Shown: positions 40,417 to 50,593 of the stretch, piece by piece
Layout: each line of letters opens with the position of its first letter
Numbering within the stretch: the stretch's first letter is position 1
Assembly (NCBI GenBank): GCA_049519175.1
Contig: JBEKQZ010000001.1
Location: forward strand, 17,021 to 81,020
DNA length: 64,000 nt
Reading direction: 5' to 3'
DNA from: Candidatus Levyibacteriota bacterium
Lineage (GTDB): Bacteria > Patescibacteriota > Microgenomatia > Levybacterales > UBA12049
Made by a program: the position numbers and the translations under genes
The notes under the pieces: model-generated
What the model saw: the letters and a program-made list of their open reading frames with translations, nothing else
Told to the model about the DNA's origin: nothing
The model's database searches: none

Positions 40417-40686
40417 ATGCCACTTAGTACTTCGGTAAAACAAGACATTATTAAAGAGTTTCAAACCGTTAAAGGAGATACGGGTAGTCCTGAGGTGCAA
40501 GTCGCGCTTTTGACTCACAGAATCGAAAGATTAACGGAACATTTAAAAGCGCACATGCACGATAACCATTCAAGACGAGGGTTATTGTCAATGATTGCCA
40601 AACGCAGAAGACTGATTAACTTTTTAGAAAAAGTGGATAAGTTAAGAGCCTCGGGAATCGCGAAAAGAGTAGGCCTTAAAGACTAA
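40417..40686 (+). CDS. rpsO: 30S ribosomal protein S15
   Basis: DTGSPEVQVALLT.RI…HDNHSRRGLL. Confidence 0.98.
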   Translation: MPLSTSVKQDIIKEFQTVKGDTGSPEVQVALLTHRIERLTEHLKAHMHDNHSRRGLLSMIAKRRRLINFLEKVDKLRASGIAKRVGLKD

Positions 40687-40708
40687 GATTGTTAGAAAGA
40701 ATTATTTA

Positions 40709-43015
40709 ATGAAAAAAACCTCGGTAAGTTTAGAATTAGCAGGGAAGAAATTGACCTTTGAAACCGGTGAATTAGCAGAGCAAGCGACAGCCTCGATTTT
40801 GGCTAGACTTGGTGATACGGTTGTGTTAGTCACGGTGGTTGAAGGCGGCCCAACCCAATTAGATTATTTTCCATTGTCGGTTGATTATGTCGAGCGTCTT
40901 TATGCCGGCGGAAAAATCAAAGGCTCGCGTTGGGTAAAAAGGGAAGGGCGACCCTCCGATGAAGCCATTTTAGCCGGAAGATTAATTGACCGTTCAATCC
41001 GCCCGCTATTCCCCAAAAGTTTTAAAAACGAAGTCCAGATTATCGTCACAGTTCTTTCTGTTGACGGAGAAAACGAACCGGACATTCTAGCTTTAAACGC
41101 GGTTTCGGCCGCACTGGCAATTTCGCGGATTCCCTGGAATGGACCAGTGGCAGCTGTAAGGATGGGACACGTTAAAGAAAACGGAACTGCAGCCGAATTT
41201 TTAATTAACCCGTCAGCCGCAGAACGGGAATTGTCGCAATTGGATATTGTCGCCTCGCAGCTAAAAGATAAAACCGTCATGATCGAAGCCGGAGCTTTGC
41301 AGGTAACGGAAGATGTTCTGGTCGAATCAATCGAAAGAGCCCACGTTGAAACCAAGAAAATAATCGGGTTAATTGAAGATTTAGTTAAAGAAGTCGGTCA
41401 GAAAAAATTGGCAGTTGTTGAGGATCCGCTCTTGCATGAATTGGCGGCTCTAATTGAAAAATCCTACGCCACCGAAGTGCAGGCTTTGATTAAAGCCAGA
41501 GTCGATAAGGACTCGGATCAGGATGACACTGATGCCTTAATCGGCAAAATTTACGAAGATTATAAAGTCGGAAATCCAAAAACAGAACTTGATAAAAAAG
41601 TCGTGCTTAACGCGCTGGAAAAAGTAATGTATCAGCTGGTTCGCACTAATGTTTTGAAAAACGGTAAAAGAGTGGACGGCCGGAAAATGGATGAAATCCG
41701 CACAATTCAGGCTTCGGTCGGAATTCTACCCAGAACCCACGGTAGCGCAATTTTCCAAAGAGGCATTACGCAGGCTTTATCAATTGTCACTTTAGGTAGT
41801 CCAAGGATGGAGCAACTAATCGAATCCGCCGAAGGCGAAGAAACAAAAAGATATATTCATCACTATTCGGGTTTGCCATATTCATTCGGGCAGACAGGTC
41901 GTGTTGGAACTCCTTCACGCAGAGAAATCGGACACGGAGCGTTGGCGGAAAGAGCACTTTTAGCCGTTATTCCAAAACAAGAAGTTTTTCCTTATACCAT
42001 CCGGGTAGTTTCGGAAGTTTTGTCACAAAACGGTTCCAGTTCGATGGCTTCAACTTGCGGTTCGACGCTGGCTTTAATGGATGCCGGCGTACCGATTACA
42101 AAACCGGTGGCCGGAATTTCCATTGGGATGATGTCGGATGAGAAAAAATATGAACTTTTGACCGACATTATCGGCTTGGAAGATTTTTCGGGCGACATGG
42201 ATTTCAAGGTTGCCGGAACCGACAGCGGCGTTACGGCAATCCAATTAGACGTTAAGATTCCGGGCTTGACAGTGGAACAAGTAAAAGCAATTTTGGAAAG
42301 AGCTAAAACTGCCAGACTTGCGATCTTAGAAAAAATCAAAGCCGTCATGCCAACGCCACGAGCTTCAATTTCGCAATACGCGCCAAAGATTGAGCAGGTC
42401 AAGATTCCGGTTGATAAAATTGGTGAAGTTATCGGGCCTGGCGGAAAGGTCATCAAAAATATCATCGCTACCACCGGAGCGCAAGTTGACGTTGAGGACG
42501 ACGGAACAGTGGCAATTTCGGGAACCGACGACGAAGCGGTCAAAAAGGCAGTCGAATGGGTAAAGGGTCTAGTTAGGGAAGTGCAACCGGGAGAAACTTT
42601 TGAAGGCGAAGTCAAAAGAATTTTACCTTTCGGGGCATTTGTCGAAATTTTGCCGGGTAAAGAGGGAATGGTGCATGTTTCCAAAATGTCGACGGAATTT
42701 GTCAACGACCCGAATGATGTCGTAAAAATCGGACAAAAAGTGAAAGTGCGAGTGGTGGAAATCGATGATCAGGGTAGAGTAAATCTATCAATGTTGTTCG
42801 GTGAAGATGCCGATAAGCCAAAAGCGCCAAGGCCAATGGGGACGCCGGTAGCCGGAGGAACTTATCAGTCTAGAACACCAAGTGAGCATCCACTAGCAAT
42901 GCAATTTAGAAGAGAAAGAGGCAGGACTTCAGGAGGCTCGGGAGACTGGAGAAGCAGGAGTTCAAGGCCAGGTTCAAGACCTAGTTTCAACAAAGATCGA
43001 AAACCACGCTATTAA
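40709..43015 (+). CDS. pnp: Polyribonucleotide nucleotidyltransferase (PNPase)
   Basis: RLIDRSIRPLF, RREIGHG, GDMDFKVAGT, then KH and S1 domains. Confidence 0.98.
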   Translation: MKKTSVSLELAGKKLTFETGELAEQATASILARLGDTVVLVTVVEGGPTQLDYFPLSVDYVERLYAGGKIKGSRWVKREGRPSDEAILAGRLIDRSIRPLFPKSFKNEVQIIVTVLSVDGENEPDILALNAVSAALAISRIPWNGPVAAVRMGHVKENGTAAEFLINPSAAERELSQLDIVASQLKDKTVMIEAGALQVTEDVLVESIERAHVETKKIIGLIEDLVKEVGQKKLAVVEDPLLHELAALIEKSYATEVQALIKARVDKDSDQDDTDALIGKIYEDYKVGNPKTELDKKVVLNALEKVMYQLVRTNVLKNGKRVDGRKMDEIRTIQASVGILPRTHGSAIFQRGITQALSIVTLGSPRMEQLIESAEGEETKRYIHHYSGLPYSFGQTGRVGTPSRREIGHGALAERALLAVIPKQEVFPYTIRVVSEVLSQNGSSSMASTCGSTLALMDAGVPITKPVAGISIGMMSDEKKYELLTDIIGLEDFSGDMDFKVAGTDSGVTAIQLDVKIPGLTVEQVKAILERAKTARLAILEKIKAVMPTPRASISQYAPKIEQVKIPVDKIGEVIGPGGKVIKNIIATTGAQVDVEDDGTVAISGTDDEAVKKAVEWVKGLVREVQPGETFEGEVKRILPFGAFVEILPGKEGMVHVSKMSTEFVNDPNDVVKIGQKVKVRVVEIDDQGRVNLSMLFGEDADKPKAPRPMGTPVAGGTYQSRTPSEHPLAMQFRRERGRTSGGSGDWRSRSSRPGSRPSFNKDRKPRY

Positions 43016-43080
43016 ATTTAATTCCGCGTTTCTAGTTTTATTGTTAGTCATTAATCATTGGTATCTGTTATTATTAAAGT

Positions 43081-44733
43081 ATGGAAAATAATTTATCCTT
43101 AATTCCCATTGGCGGCGTCGGTGACGTTACCAAAAACATGTATCTTTACGAGTACAAAAACGAAATCCTAATTGTCGATTGCGGTTTGGGATTTGCCGAT
43201 GAAACCATGCTTGGCGTCGACCTTTTAATTCCCGACGTATCCTATCTTAAAAATTTGCAAGGCAAAAAAATTGTCGGCATGGCTTTAACCCATGGACACG
43301 AAGATCATATTGGTGGACTGCCGTATATTTTGCCCGACCTTCCCGGTCAGTTCCCAATTTACGCTACACCTTTAACGGCGGAGTTGGCCAACGCTAAGCT
43401 TAAAGATTATGGCCTAACTCCTCGGGTGCAAAAAGTCAATTTTGACGGAGGAGAAATTAGGATTGGTCCGTTTACGCTCAATTTCATCCGGGTAACGCAT
43501 TCGGTTCTGGACAGCTCGAATATTTTCATCAAAACTCCGGCCGGAAATTTTTATCACGGTAGCGACTATAAAATTGATTTAACGCCTTTTGACGGCAAGA
43601 AAACCGATTTTAAAAAAATTGCTCAAGTTTCCAAAGAAGGCGTTTTATGCATGCTGTCGGATTGTCTGGGTTCGGAACGCAAAGGCCACACGCCGTCGGA
43701 ATTTAAGCTGACCGCCGCTTTTGAAGAGGAGCTGGAAAACTGTAAAGGCAAATTTATTGTCACCACTTATTCTTCCAATATTTCCCGGGTTAACCAGGTT
43801 TTAAAAGTGGCGGAAAAGGCAGGCCGAAAAGTTTGTTTTGTCGGCCGGTCGGTGATTAAAGCCAAAGAAATCGCCCAAAATCTAGGCTACATCAGGATGC
43901 CAAGGGGAATGGAAATTGGTACGGAGCAACTGAAAAATTACAAGGATTCAGACATTGTTTTATTAGTCGCGGGCAGTCAAGGTCAGGGAAATTCGGCGCT
44001 GACAAGAATTGTTGACGGGCAGTTTAAAGAAATTCATTTAACACCCAATGACGTCGTGATTTTTTCGGCCGATCCAATCCCCGGCAATGAAGTTTCGGTA
44101 TACGCTTTAGTTGATGACATTGCCAGAATTGGTTCAAGGGTAATCTATTCGGAGCTCTCCGATGCATTTCATGTTTCCGGACATGCCTCGTCCGAAGATT
44201 TGACGTTGATGATGAATTTAGTCAACCCCAAAATAGTTTTACCGATTGGCGGAACGTTTCGACAAATGGTGCAATACCGAAGTTTGGCGGAGAAACAGGG
44301 TTTTGAGCCAAAAAATATTCTGCTTTTGGAAGATGGACAGGAAGTTATTTTTAACCAAAACGGCGCCAGACTGGGCCGGAAATTAAATTTGGAAAATGTT
44401 TATGTCGACCAAATTTCCGGCGAAGAAGTCGAAGGCTTTGTGCTTCGGGACAGGCAAAGATTGGCAACAGACGGAGTAGTGGTGATACTCTCGGAAATTG
44501 CTTTAAGCGGCAGGATTGACAATTTGGACATTATCGTCAAAGGACTTTCTCAGCAAGAAACAGTTGATATTCAAACTAGCCTAGCTAAAGAAATTAAAGA
44601 GAAAATGACGCAAAGGCAAGGTATCAGAGACAGATTCTTAATGCGTAAAGCCATCAGCGACATCGCAGAAAAATTCATCTTTAGGAAACTGCGCAAACAC
44701 CCGTTAATTCTTCCGGTAGCGATAGAAGTTTAA
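43081..44733 (+). CDS. rnj: Ribonuclease J
   Basis: THGHEDHIG, DYKID.TP, IPGNE and HVSGHA. Confidence 0.95.
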   Translation: MENNLSLIPIGGVGDVTKNMYLYEYKNEILIVDCGLGFADETMLGVDLLIPDVSYLKNLQGKKIVGMALTHGHEDHIGGLPYILPDLPGQFPIYATPLTAELANAKLKDYGLTPRVQKVNFDGGEIRIGPFTLNFIRVTHSVLDSSNIFIKTPAGNFYHGSDYKIDLTPFDGKKTDFKKIAQVSKEGVLCMLSDCLGSERKGHTPSEFKLTAAFEEELENCKGKFIVTTYSSNISRVNQVLKVAEKAGRKVCFVGRSVIKAKEIAQNLGYIRMPRGMEIGTEQLKNYKDSDIVLLVAGSQGQGNSALTRIVDGQFKEIHLTPNDVVIFSADPIPGNEVSVYALVDDIARIGSRVIYSELSDAFHVSGHASSEDLTLMMNLVNPKIVLPIGGTFRQMVQYRSLAEKQGFEPKNILLLEDGQEVIFNQNGARLGRKLNLENVYVDQISGEEVEGFVLRDRQRLATDGVVVILSEIALSGRIDNLDIIVKGLSQQETVDIQTSLAKEIKEKMTQRQGIRDRFLMRKAISDIAEKFIFRKLRKHPLILPVAIEV

Positions 44734-44767
44734 GCTGTTTCTCAGAAATCTAGTCTAATATTTAATT

Positions 44768-44804
44768 GAGCGCTTCGAGGGGCAACTTGAAGCGCTTTTT
44801 TTTT
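44768..44804 (+). terminator. Intrinsic terminator after rnj
   Basis: agcgcttcgag-gggcaa-cttgaagcgct followed by a long T run. Confidence 0.85.
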
Positions 44805-44859
44805 GCAAAATTAAGGATTGAACTTGTAGTCCTTGGGTAAAATATCTATAATGTTTTAT

Positions 44860-46962
44860 ATGGCCAGAAGGCATTATCAAAAACATAAATTAAAGATTAA
44901 GCTTAAGAAAAACACGGTTTATTCAATTGTGGCTTTTTTGGTTATCCTGGGAGGGTTTTTATTGGGGCTGTCTTATACCCGCAATGGTTCGTCTTTTACT
45001 TCTCTAAACGATTACGTAATTGCTTATTTTGGCATGCTTGGACTTTTACTCCCGGTGCTTTTAGTGCTTTTCGGTTTCTTCTTTTTAAAACTGAAATTTT
45101 TTCTTTCCAAGCCTAACGTGGCCATCGGCTTTTTAATTTTCTTCGTTTCGCTGTTGGGACTGGCCAAAGCCGGTTCGTCCGGACTGTATCTAAACCAGTT
45201 GCTGTCGGAGATAATTACCGGAACGGGCGCATTTTTGGTTTATCTGGCCGGCGTGTTTGTCGGAGCGGTGGTTTTTTTTGACACTTCGGTAGACGAAGTG
45301 GTAGCGTTTTTCGGTTCGATTCTGAAACTTTTACAAAAACTTGTTCCAAGTCGTGCTTTATCTTTTTTCAAGAAAAAACCCTCCGGTTTGGAAAAACAGA
45401 TGGTGATTAAAGGGATGGGCAATAAAGAAGTGCCAATGCCTAAAGAAGTTAAAATCAATGCCGGCGCGCCGCTTAAAAAAGGCGAGGCGCCTTTAATTTC
45501 GGACAAACTGGTGATGAACGCGCCGGGTAGAACCGGGATTTGGCATTTGCCGCCTTTGGATTTATTGTCGAATGAATCAACGCAAAAAGCCGATCGTGGA
45601 GACGTTAAAAAAGTGGCCGCTAAAATTGAAGAAACGCTCAAAAGTTTTGGTATCGGAGCCAGAGTGGTCGAAGTCAATCTTGGCCCGGCAGTTACCCAAT
45701 ACGCTTTACAAATTCCGCTGGGGACAAAAGTTTCCAAAATTACCAATTTAGCTAACGACCTGGCGTTAAATACCGAAGCGCCGACCGGTCAAATCAGAAT
45801 TGAAGCGCCGATTCCCGGCCGGAATTTGGTCGGCATCGAAATTCCGAACCGCAGTTTGGAAATCGTTACTTTGCGGACCATGCTTTCTTCGGATTTGATG
45901 CGTAAACACAAATCAAAATTGGCGGTGTCGCTTGGCTTGGATGTTTCGGGCAATCCTTTAATGGCCGATATCGGCAAAATGCCGCATGTGCTGATTGCCG
46001 GAACGACCGGCTCGGGAAAATCGGTGCTCATCAATTCTTTTATCGCCTCGCTTTTATTCCGCGCCACTCCCGACGAATTAAAACTCATCCTTGTTGATCC
46101 GAAACGGGTCGAACTCACCGGTTATAATGGCATTCCGCATTTGATGACGCCGGTAATTGTGGAAGTCGATCAGATTTTGGCGTCGCTCAAATGGGCGTTG
46201 GGAGAAATGGACAGGCGCTATAAAACTTTTGCCGAACACGGCGTCCGCAATATCGACGGTTATAATGAGCTAGCCGGTTTCCAAACTTTGCCGTATATCG
46301 TCGTTTTCATTGACGAGCTGGCGGACTTGATGGCTTACGCGCCGGTTGAGGTTGAGGATGCCATTGCCAGGCTCGCCCAGATGGCCAGAGCCACCGGAAT
46401 CCATTTAGTGGTTTCTACTCAGCGTCCGTCGGTAGATGTTATTACCGGTTTAATTAAAGCCAATATCCCTTGCCGAATTGCCTTTAACGTTTCTTCGATG
46501 ATTGATTCCAGGGTTATTATCGATATGCCGGGGGCAGAAAAATTATTGGGACGGGGAGACATGTTGTATATTCCACCGGAACAGGCCAAACCAACCCGTA
46601 TTCAGGGTGCCTTTGTTTCGGAAAAGGAAGTAAAAAGACTGGTCGATTTTCTCAAGAACGAAAATCCGCCGGTTGAATATACCGAAGAAGTGCTGGCCGA
46701 GCCGCTGGTGGTTAAAAGGGGTATGGCCTCAACCGGTGAAGGTGGCCGTGATGCTTTATTCGCCGAGTCAATCCGGGTAATTTGCCAGCATGATAAAGCC
46801 TCGGCCTCACTTTTACAAAGAAGGTTGTCAATTGGTTATTCCAGGGCTGCCAGAATTTTAGATCAGTTGGAAGCTGTGGGAGTGGTTGGGCGGGCTGAAG
46901 GCAGTAAGCCGCGCGACGTTTTAATTCGTGACGCCGAAGAGTTTATCCAAACCCTAGAATAA
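44860..46962 (+). CDS. ftsK: DNA translocase FtsK/SpoIIIE
   Basis: Four N-terminal TMs, PHVLIAGTTGSGKS, IDELADLM, TQRPSVDVITG and gamma domain LLQRRLSIGYSRA. Confidence 0.96.
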   Translation: MARRHYQKHKLKIKLKKNTVYSIVAFLVILGGFLLGLSYTRNGSSFTSLNDYVIAYFGMLGLLLPVLLVLFGFFFLKLKFFLSKPNVAIGFLIFFVSLLGLAKAGSSGLYLNQLLSEIITGTGAFLVYLAGVFVGAVVFFDTSVDEVVAFFGSILKLLQKLVPSRALSFFKKKPSGLEKQMVIKGMGNKEVPMPKEVKINAGAPLKKGEAPLISDKLVMNAPGRTGIWHLPPLDLLSNESTQKADRGDVKKVAAKIEETLKSFGIGARVVEVNLGPAVTQYALQIPLGTKVSKITNLANDLALNTEAPTGQIRIEAPIPGRNLVGIEIPNRSLEIVTLRTMLSSDLMRKHKSKLAVSLGLDVSGNPLMADIGKMPHVLIAGTTGSGKSVLINSFIASLLFRATPDELKLILVDPKRVELTGYNGIPHLMTPVIVEVDQILASLKWALGEMDRRYKTFAEHGVRNIDGYNELAGFQTLPYIVVFIDELADLMAYAPVEVEDAIARLAQMARATGIHLVVSTQRPSVDVITGLIKANIPCRIAFNVSSMIDSRVIIDMPGAEKLLGRGDMLYIPPEQAKPTRIQGAFVSEKEVKRLVDFLKNENPPVEYTEEVLAEPLVVKRGMASTGEGGRDALFAESIRVICQHDKASASLLQRRLSIGYSRAARILDQLEAVGVVGRAEGSKPRDVLIRDAEEFIQTLE

Positions 46963-46972
46963 CCCCCAATTT

Positions 46973-47614
46973 ATGATTAAATCCGGAGAGAAATTACAAC
47001 AGGCAAGGATTGAAAAAGGTTTAAACTTGGAAGATGTTGCCAAGGCAACCAAAATTAAAAGTCAATTTTTGTCTTATATTGAAGAGGGTAATTATCAAAA
47101 ACTTCCCTCGGCTTCCTATGCTTATGGTTTTGTCCGCAATTATGCCCGTTATCTTGGGCTTTCCGATCAGGAAATCTTGGCGCTTTTTAGACGTGAATTT
47201 GATGAAGATAAGGCTTATCGCGTGTTGCCTAAAGGATTGGAAGAACGCACCGAATTTCCAATTGTCAGATTTAAAGCAAAACAGACAATTTTTCTCTGTG
47301 CGATAGCCTTTATTCTATTGGCCGGATATCTATTATTTCAGTACCGCGATGCGTTTTTAAATCCGCCGTTAACCATCTCTTCTCCTAAAAACATGAGTAG
47401 TATTACTTCATCTCAAGTCACCGTTTCCGGACAGACCGATCCTAACGCTACGGTTTATGTCGAAAAAAATGCGGTTTCGGTCGATGAAAATGGTAATTTC
47501 CAAAAAGTAATTACGGTTTTTCCGGGAATAACGACGATAACAGTCAGAGTGGTTAACCGTTTTTCTAAAGAAACAGATAAAAAGATCCAAATTGATGTAA
47601 AGACAGGGACTTGA
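46973..47614 (+). CDS. RodZ-like HTH protein with TM and Ig-like domain
   Basis: GEKLQQAR…IEEG…LP…YAYGFVRNYARYLGL; downstream of ftsK. Confidence 0.8.
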   Translation: MIKSGEKLQQARIEKGLNLEDVAKATKIKSQFLSYIEEGNYQKLPSASYAYGFVRNYARYLGLSDQEILALFRREFDEDKAYRVLPKGLEERTEFPIVRFKAKQTIFLCAIAFILLAGYLLFQYRDAFLNPPLTISSPKNMSSITSSQVTVSGQTDPNATVYVEKNAVSVDENGNFQKVITVFPGITTITVRVVNRFSKETDKKIQIDVKTGT

Positions 47615-47650
47615 CATCAGGGCTCAATTAAGATAGTTTTATCTTACGAC

Positions 47651-47926
47651 ATGATAGATCCTGCCCAAACAGCTTTGTTTATCGTTATCATTATCCTAAC
47701 GGTTCTGTTAGTGATATTAGGCGTTCAAGTTTTTTTCATTCTCCGCGAGCTTCGAAAGACCATTGGCAAAGTCAATAAAGTTTTGGATGATACTAGTTTA
47801 ATTACCGAAAGCGTTTCCAAGCCAATAGCATCTTTATCAACTTTAACAATGGGGTTAAAAACTGGTGCCACTATTGCCCGAATTCTTAATGGCGGTAAGC
47901 ATCATAAGGAGAAAAAGGATGAATGA
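47651..47926 (+). CDS. DUF948-like small membrane protein
   Basis: TM followed by LRKTIGKVNKVLDD coiled segment; paired with a YtxH-like gene. Confidence 0.6.
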   Translation: MIDPAQTALFIVIIILTVLLVILGVQVFFILRELRKTIGKVNKVLDDTSLITESVSKPIASLSTLTMGLKTGATIARILNGGKHHKEKKDE

Positions 47927-48227
47927 TAATAAATTTACCACAGGTTTATTGTTGGGATTGATTTTAGGCGGAGGCGCCGTTTTTTTATTGGGAACCAGGA
48001 CCGGCAAAAACCTGTTGAAAATTGTTTCCGAACGGGGCATGGATGGATTGGTGGAGCTTTTGGAAGAATATAATTTTGATGATTTAGAAGAGGAAGAAAT
48101 GGCAGATGAAGGTGAAATTCCGGCGGAAGAAGTTCAACCGGAGTCAAAAGAAGAAACATCGAGTCATCAATCCGAGAAAAAGGATTCGTCCCCAAAAAAG
48201 CACTTCTTCAAAAGAATCAGGAAATAA
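47919..48227 (+). CDS. YtxH-like protein
   Basis: FTTGLLLGLILGGGAVFLLGTRTGK N-terminus and acidic tail; ATG 47919. Confidence 0.6.
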   Translation: MNDNKFTTGLLLGLILGGGAVFLLGTRTGKNLLKIVSERGMDGLVELLEEYNFDDLEEEEMADEGEIPAEEVQPESKEETSSHQSEKKDSSPKKHFFKRIRK

Positions 48228-48228
48228 T

Positions 48229-49188
48229 TTATTGGCCGTATTTGGCAATGTTGGCTTCGTGCCCCTGAAGAGTAGTGGCAAAATGTAAGTGCCCTTGTTT
48301 GTCGGCAAAGAAGTACAGATAATCGGTTTTGGCCGGATTCAAAGCAGCTTCAATTGCGGACAAGCCCGGATTACTAATCGGTCCTGGCGGAAGGCCGGGA
48401 TTTTTCCTGGTATTGTACGGAGAGTCAATCTCTAGATCGGCAGCGGTTAAATCTTTTTTCCACCAGGTCTTGGTATCCGGCTGATAACCCAAAGCATACA
48501 TGACGGTTGGATCGGAGCCCAAAGCCATTCCAATGTTTAGCCTGTTGATAAACACCGAAGCGACTAATGGCCGGTCCTGGGCAAACATTGCTTCTCTTTC
48601 GATAATAGAAGCAAGGATAATTGTTTGAGCATCAGTTAAGTTAGTTGTCTTCTCGTTTCTAACGCTATCGTATTTGGTTTGGAAATTATTTTTCATCAGC
48701 GTTATGACCGTATTCACATCGGCGTCCCGCGGGATTAAATAAGTATCGGGGAATAGGTATCCCTCGTTGGCGTCTAATGCGGCGCGCCAGGATTCATTAT
48801 AACTGGGAAGTTTCTCTTTGAATAGGTCGGCAATTTCGTCTGCCCGGTATCCTTCCGGAATCGTTACCCAAATATCTAATGTTCCATGGGTCAGGTCACT
48901 GGCTACCTCACTCATCGTCATTGCCGGGTTTAGGCGGAAATCCCCCGCCTGGATTTGCTTATCCAAGCCGTTAATTCTGGCGTATAAGAAGAAAACAATC
49001 GGGTCGCGGATTAATCCGGCGGTTTTTAAATTATTGGCAATTTCCCTGACACCCTCACTTTTATCAATCACAAATATTTTGGGAGCTTTGTCGCTACTAT
49101 TGGCTGCCAATAGCCCATTTTGCCACCAGAGGAAAATTCCGACTGCCAGAACTACTAAAATCGTAATTAAAGCAACTAACCTTTTCAT
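48229..49188 (-). CDS. mltG: Endolytic transglycosylase MltG (YceG)
   Basis: TIPEG, EGYLFPDTY, LASIIERE, SPYNT…GLPPGPISNPG. Confidence 0.95.
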   Translation of the reverse strand: MKRLVALITILVVLAVGIFLWWQNGLLAANSSDKAPKIFVIDKSEGVREIANNLKTAGLIRDPIVFFLYARINGLDKQIQAGDFRLNPAMTMSEVASDLTHGTLDIWVTIPEGYRADEIADLFKEKLPSYNESWRAALDANEGYLFPDTYLIPRDADVNTVITLMKNNFQTKYDSVRNEKTTNLTDAQTIILASIIEREAMFAQDRPLVASVFINRLNIGMALGSDPTVMYALGYQPDTKTWWKKDLTAADLEIDSPYNTRKNPGLPPGPISNPGLSAIEAALNPAKTDYLYFFADKQGHLHFATTLQGHEANIAKYGQ

Positions 49189-50462
49189 GTGTATTTAACA
49201 ATTGGGAAGTTCACTAGTGAGTCTTTCCCTTCCTTAAGATTATACACATTTTCGCTAAAAAGTGTATAGATGGTTTCATTTTTCAAAACCTTATCGCCGA
49301 TTTTTTTGTTTAAGTAAATTCCGGCGCCTTTCTGTTTTGGGGCGCCTAAAATTTTAGCAATGGCGGTGATGTTTTTACAATTTAATTCCTTAACAACTCC
49401 GCTTTTATCGGCTTTTTCTTCAAAGGCATTTTTACCCAGGCGTAATTTATCACTTTTAACATTTGGATTTCCTCCCTGTGCTTCAACAATTTGTTTAAAT
49501 TTTTCCAGAGCTCTGCCTGACTGTAAAATATCCAAAGCCCAGCCGTAAGTATTGCCGTAAATTTCTTTTATTGATTTGCGCAGCTCTTGAGGACTATCTT
49601 CAAGACATAGCTCCAGAAGGTTACTGGCTAAATTAATCGCTCTGACTTCCAAATCCAAAGGCCTATCTTTAGTTTGCTCTAACACTTTTAATGATTCCCT
49701 AATCTCCAGAACCGGTCCAATGCCGCGTCCTGCCGGCTCTTCGGTGTGGTGAATTAGCACTTTGAGCCTAATTTTAAATTTCTTGGCCAAAAAGTTAAAT
49801 TTTGCTTGGATTCGTTGAGCATCTTTTAAGCTGTGTGCCTTAACAGTTCTGCCATAAGGGAGATCAATCACAACATGGTTACTGCCGAAAGCAATTTTTT
49901 TGGCCATAATTGACACCAGAATTTTATCGAAGCTTTCAAACACTAACGGTTTTTCAACTTGGATAATAAGGTCGTCGGCCGGGGCAATTTTAAAACTGCC
50001 TCCCCAAACAATGCAACCGTTAGTCTTGTTAACAACGTCGTAAATCTGTTTTTCGGTTAGCTCCACCGGAGCTAAAACTTCCATGTCATCGGCAGTTCCG
50101 TCGGGAGTGGTAATTGCGCGAGAAGAACTTTTAGGAATTTTAAAACCTGCGGCGGCCACAATAGCAACAACTATGGGTGTCGTTCTGGTTCCCGGGACTC
50201 CGCCGATAGAATGCTTGTCGGCAATAATTCCTTTAAATTGTAATTTGTGTCCGGTTTCAACCATGGCTTTGGTTAAGTAGTAAAGTTCTTGATTACTAAA
50301 GCCTTCGGAGTACCCGGAAGCGGCAAAATAAGTAGTTAAAATCTCTCCGAGTCTTTGCCGAGAGATTTGGTCCATGATGGCATAGATTTCTTTGTAAGTT
50401 AAATTTTTGCCTAAAATCTTTTTACGGATAGCATTAACTGCTTGTTCTTTCTCGTCTATCAT
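49185..50462 (-). CDS. AMP phosphorylase/thymidine phosphorylase family protein (AMP-phosphorylase-like)
   Basis: DKHSIGGVPG.RTT, PKSSSRAIT…GTAD.MEVLA, WGG…APADD..I.VE.PL and SIMAKK. Confidence 0.85.
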   Translation of the reverse strand: MIDEKEQAVNAIRKKILGKNLTYKEIYAIMDQISRQRLGEILTTYFAASGYSEGFSNQELYYLTKAMVETGHKLQFKGIIADKHSIGGVPGTRTTPIVVAIVAAAGFKIPKSSSRAITTPDGTADDMEVLAPVELTEKQIYDVVNKTNGCIVWGGSFKIAPADDLIIQVEKPLVFESFDKILVSIMAKKIAFGSNHVVIDLPYGRTVKAHSLKDAQRIQAKFNFLAKKFKIRLKVLIHHTEEPAGRGIGPVLEIRESLKVLEQTKDRPLDLEVRAINLASNLLELCLEDSPQELRKSIKEIYGNTYGWALDILQSGRALEKFKQIVEAQGGNPNVKSDKLRLGKNAFEEKADKSGVVKELNCKNITAIAKILGAPKQKGAGIYLNKKIGDKVLKNETIYTLFSENVYNLKEGKDSLVNFPIVKYT

Positions 50463-50593
50463 ACTTGCCGGGAGACAGTTCTAATAAAAGATTTAATTAT
50501 TGTTTCCAAGAAGAAAAGGGTGTCATTAATCACCCTTCTGATAGTTGGCCAAATTTGGATTAAGATGCGTAATAAGAAAGGTTTTTCGTTCAT
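50459..50593 (-). CDS. Unannotated 44-aa amphipathic protein
   Basis: MNEKPFLLRILIQIWPTIRRVINDTLFFLETIIKSFIRTVSRQV*; ATGA overlaps at both ends exactly fill the gap. Confidence 0.7.
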   Translation of the reverse strand: MNEKPFLLRILIQIWPTIRRVINDTLFFLETIIKSFIRTVSRQV

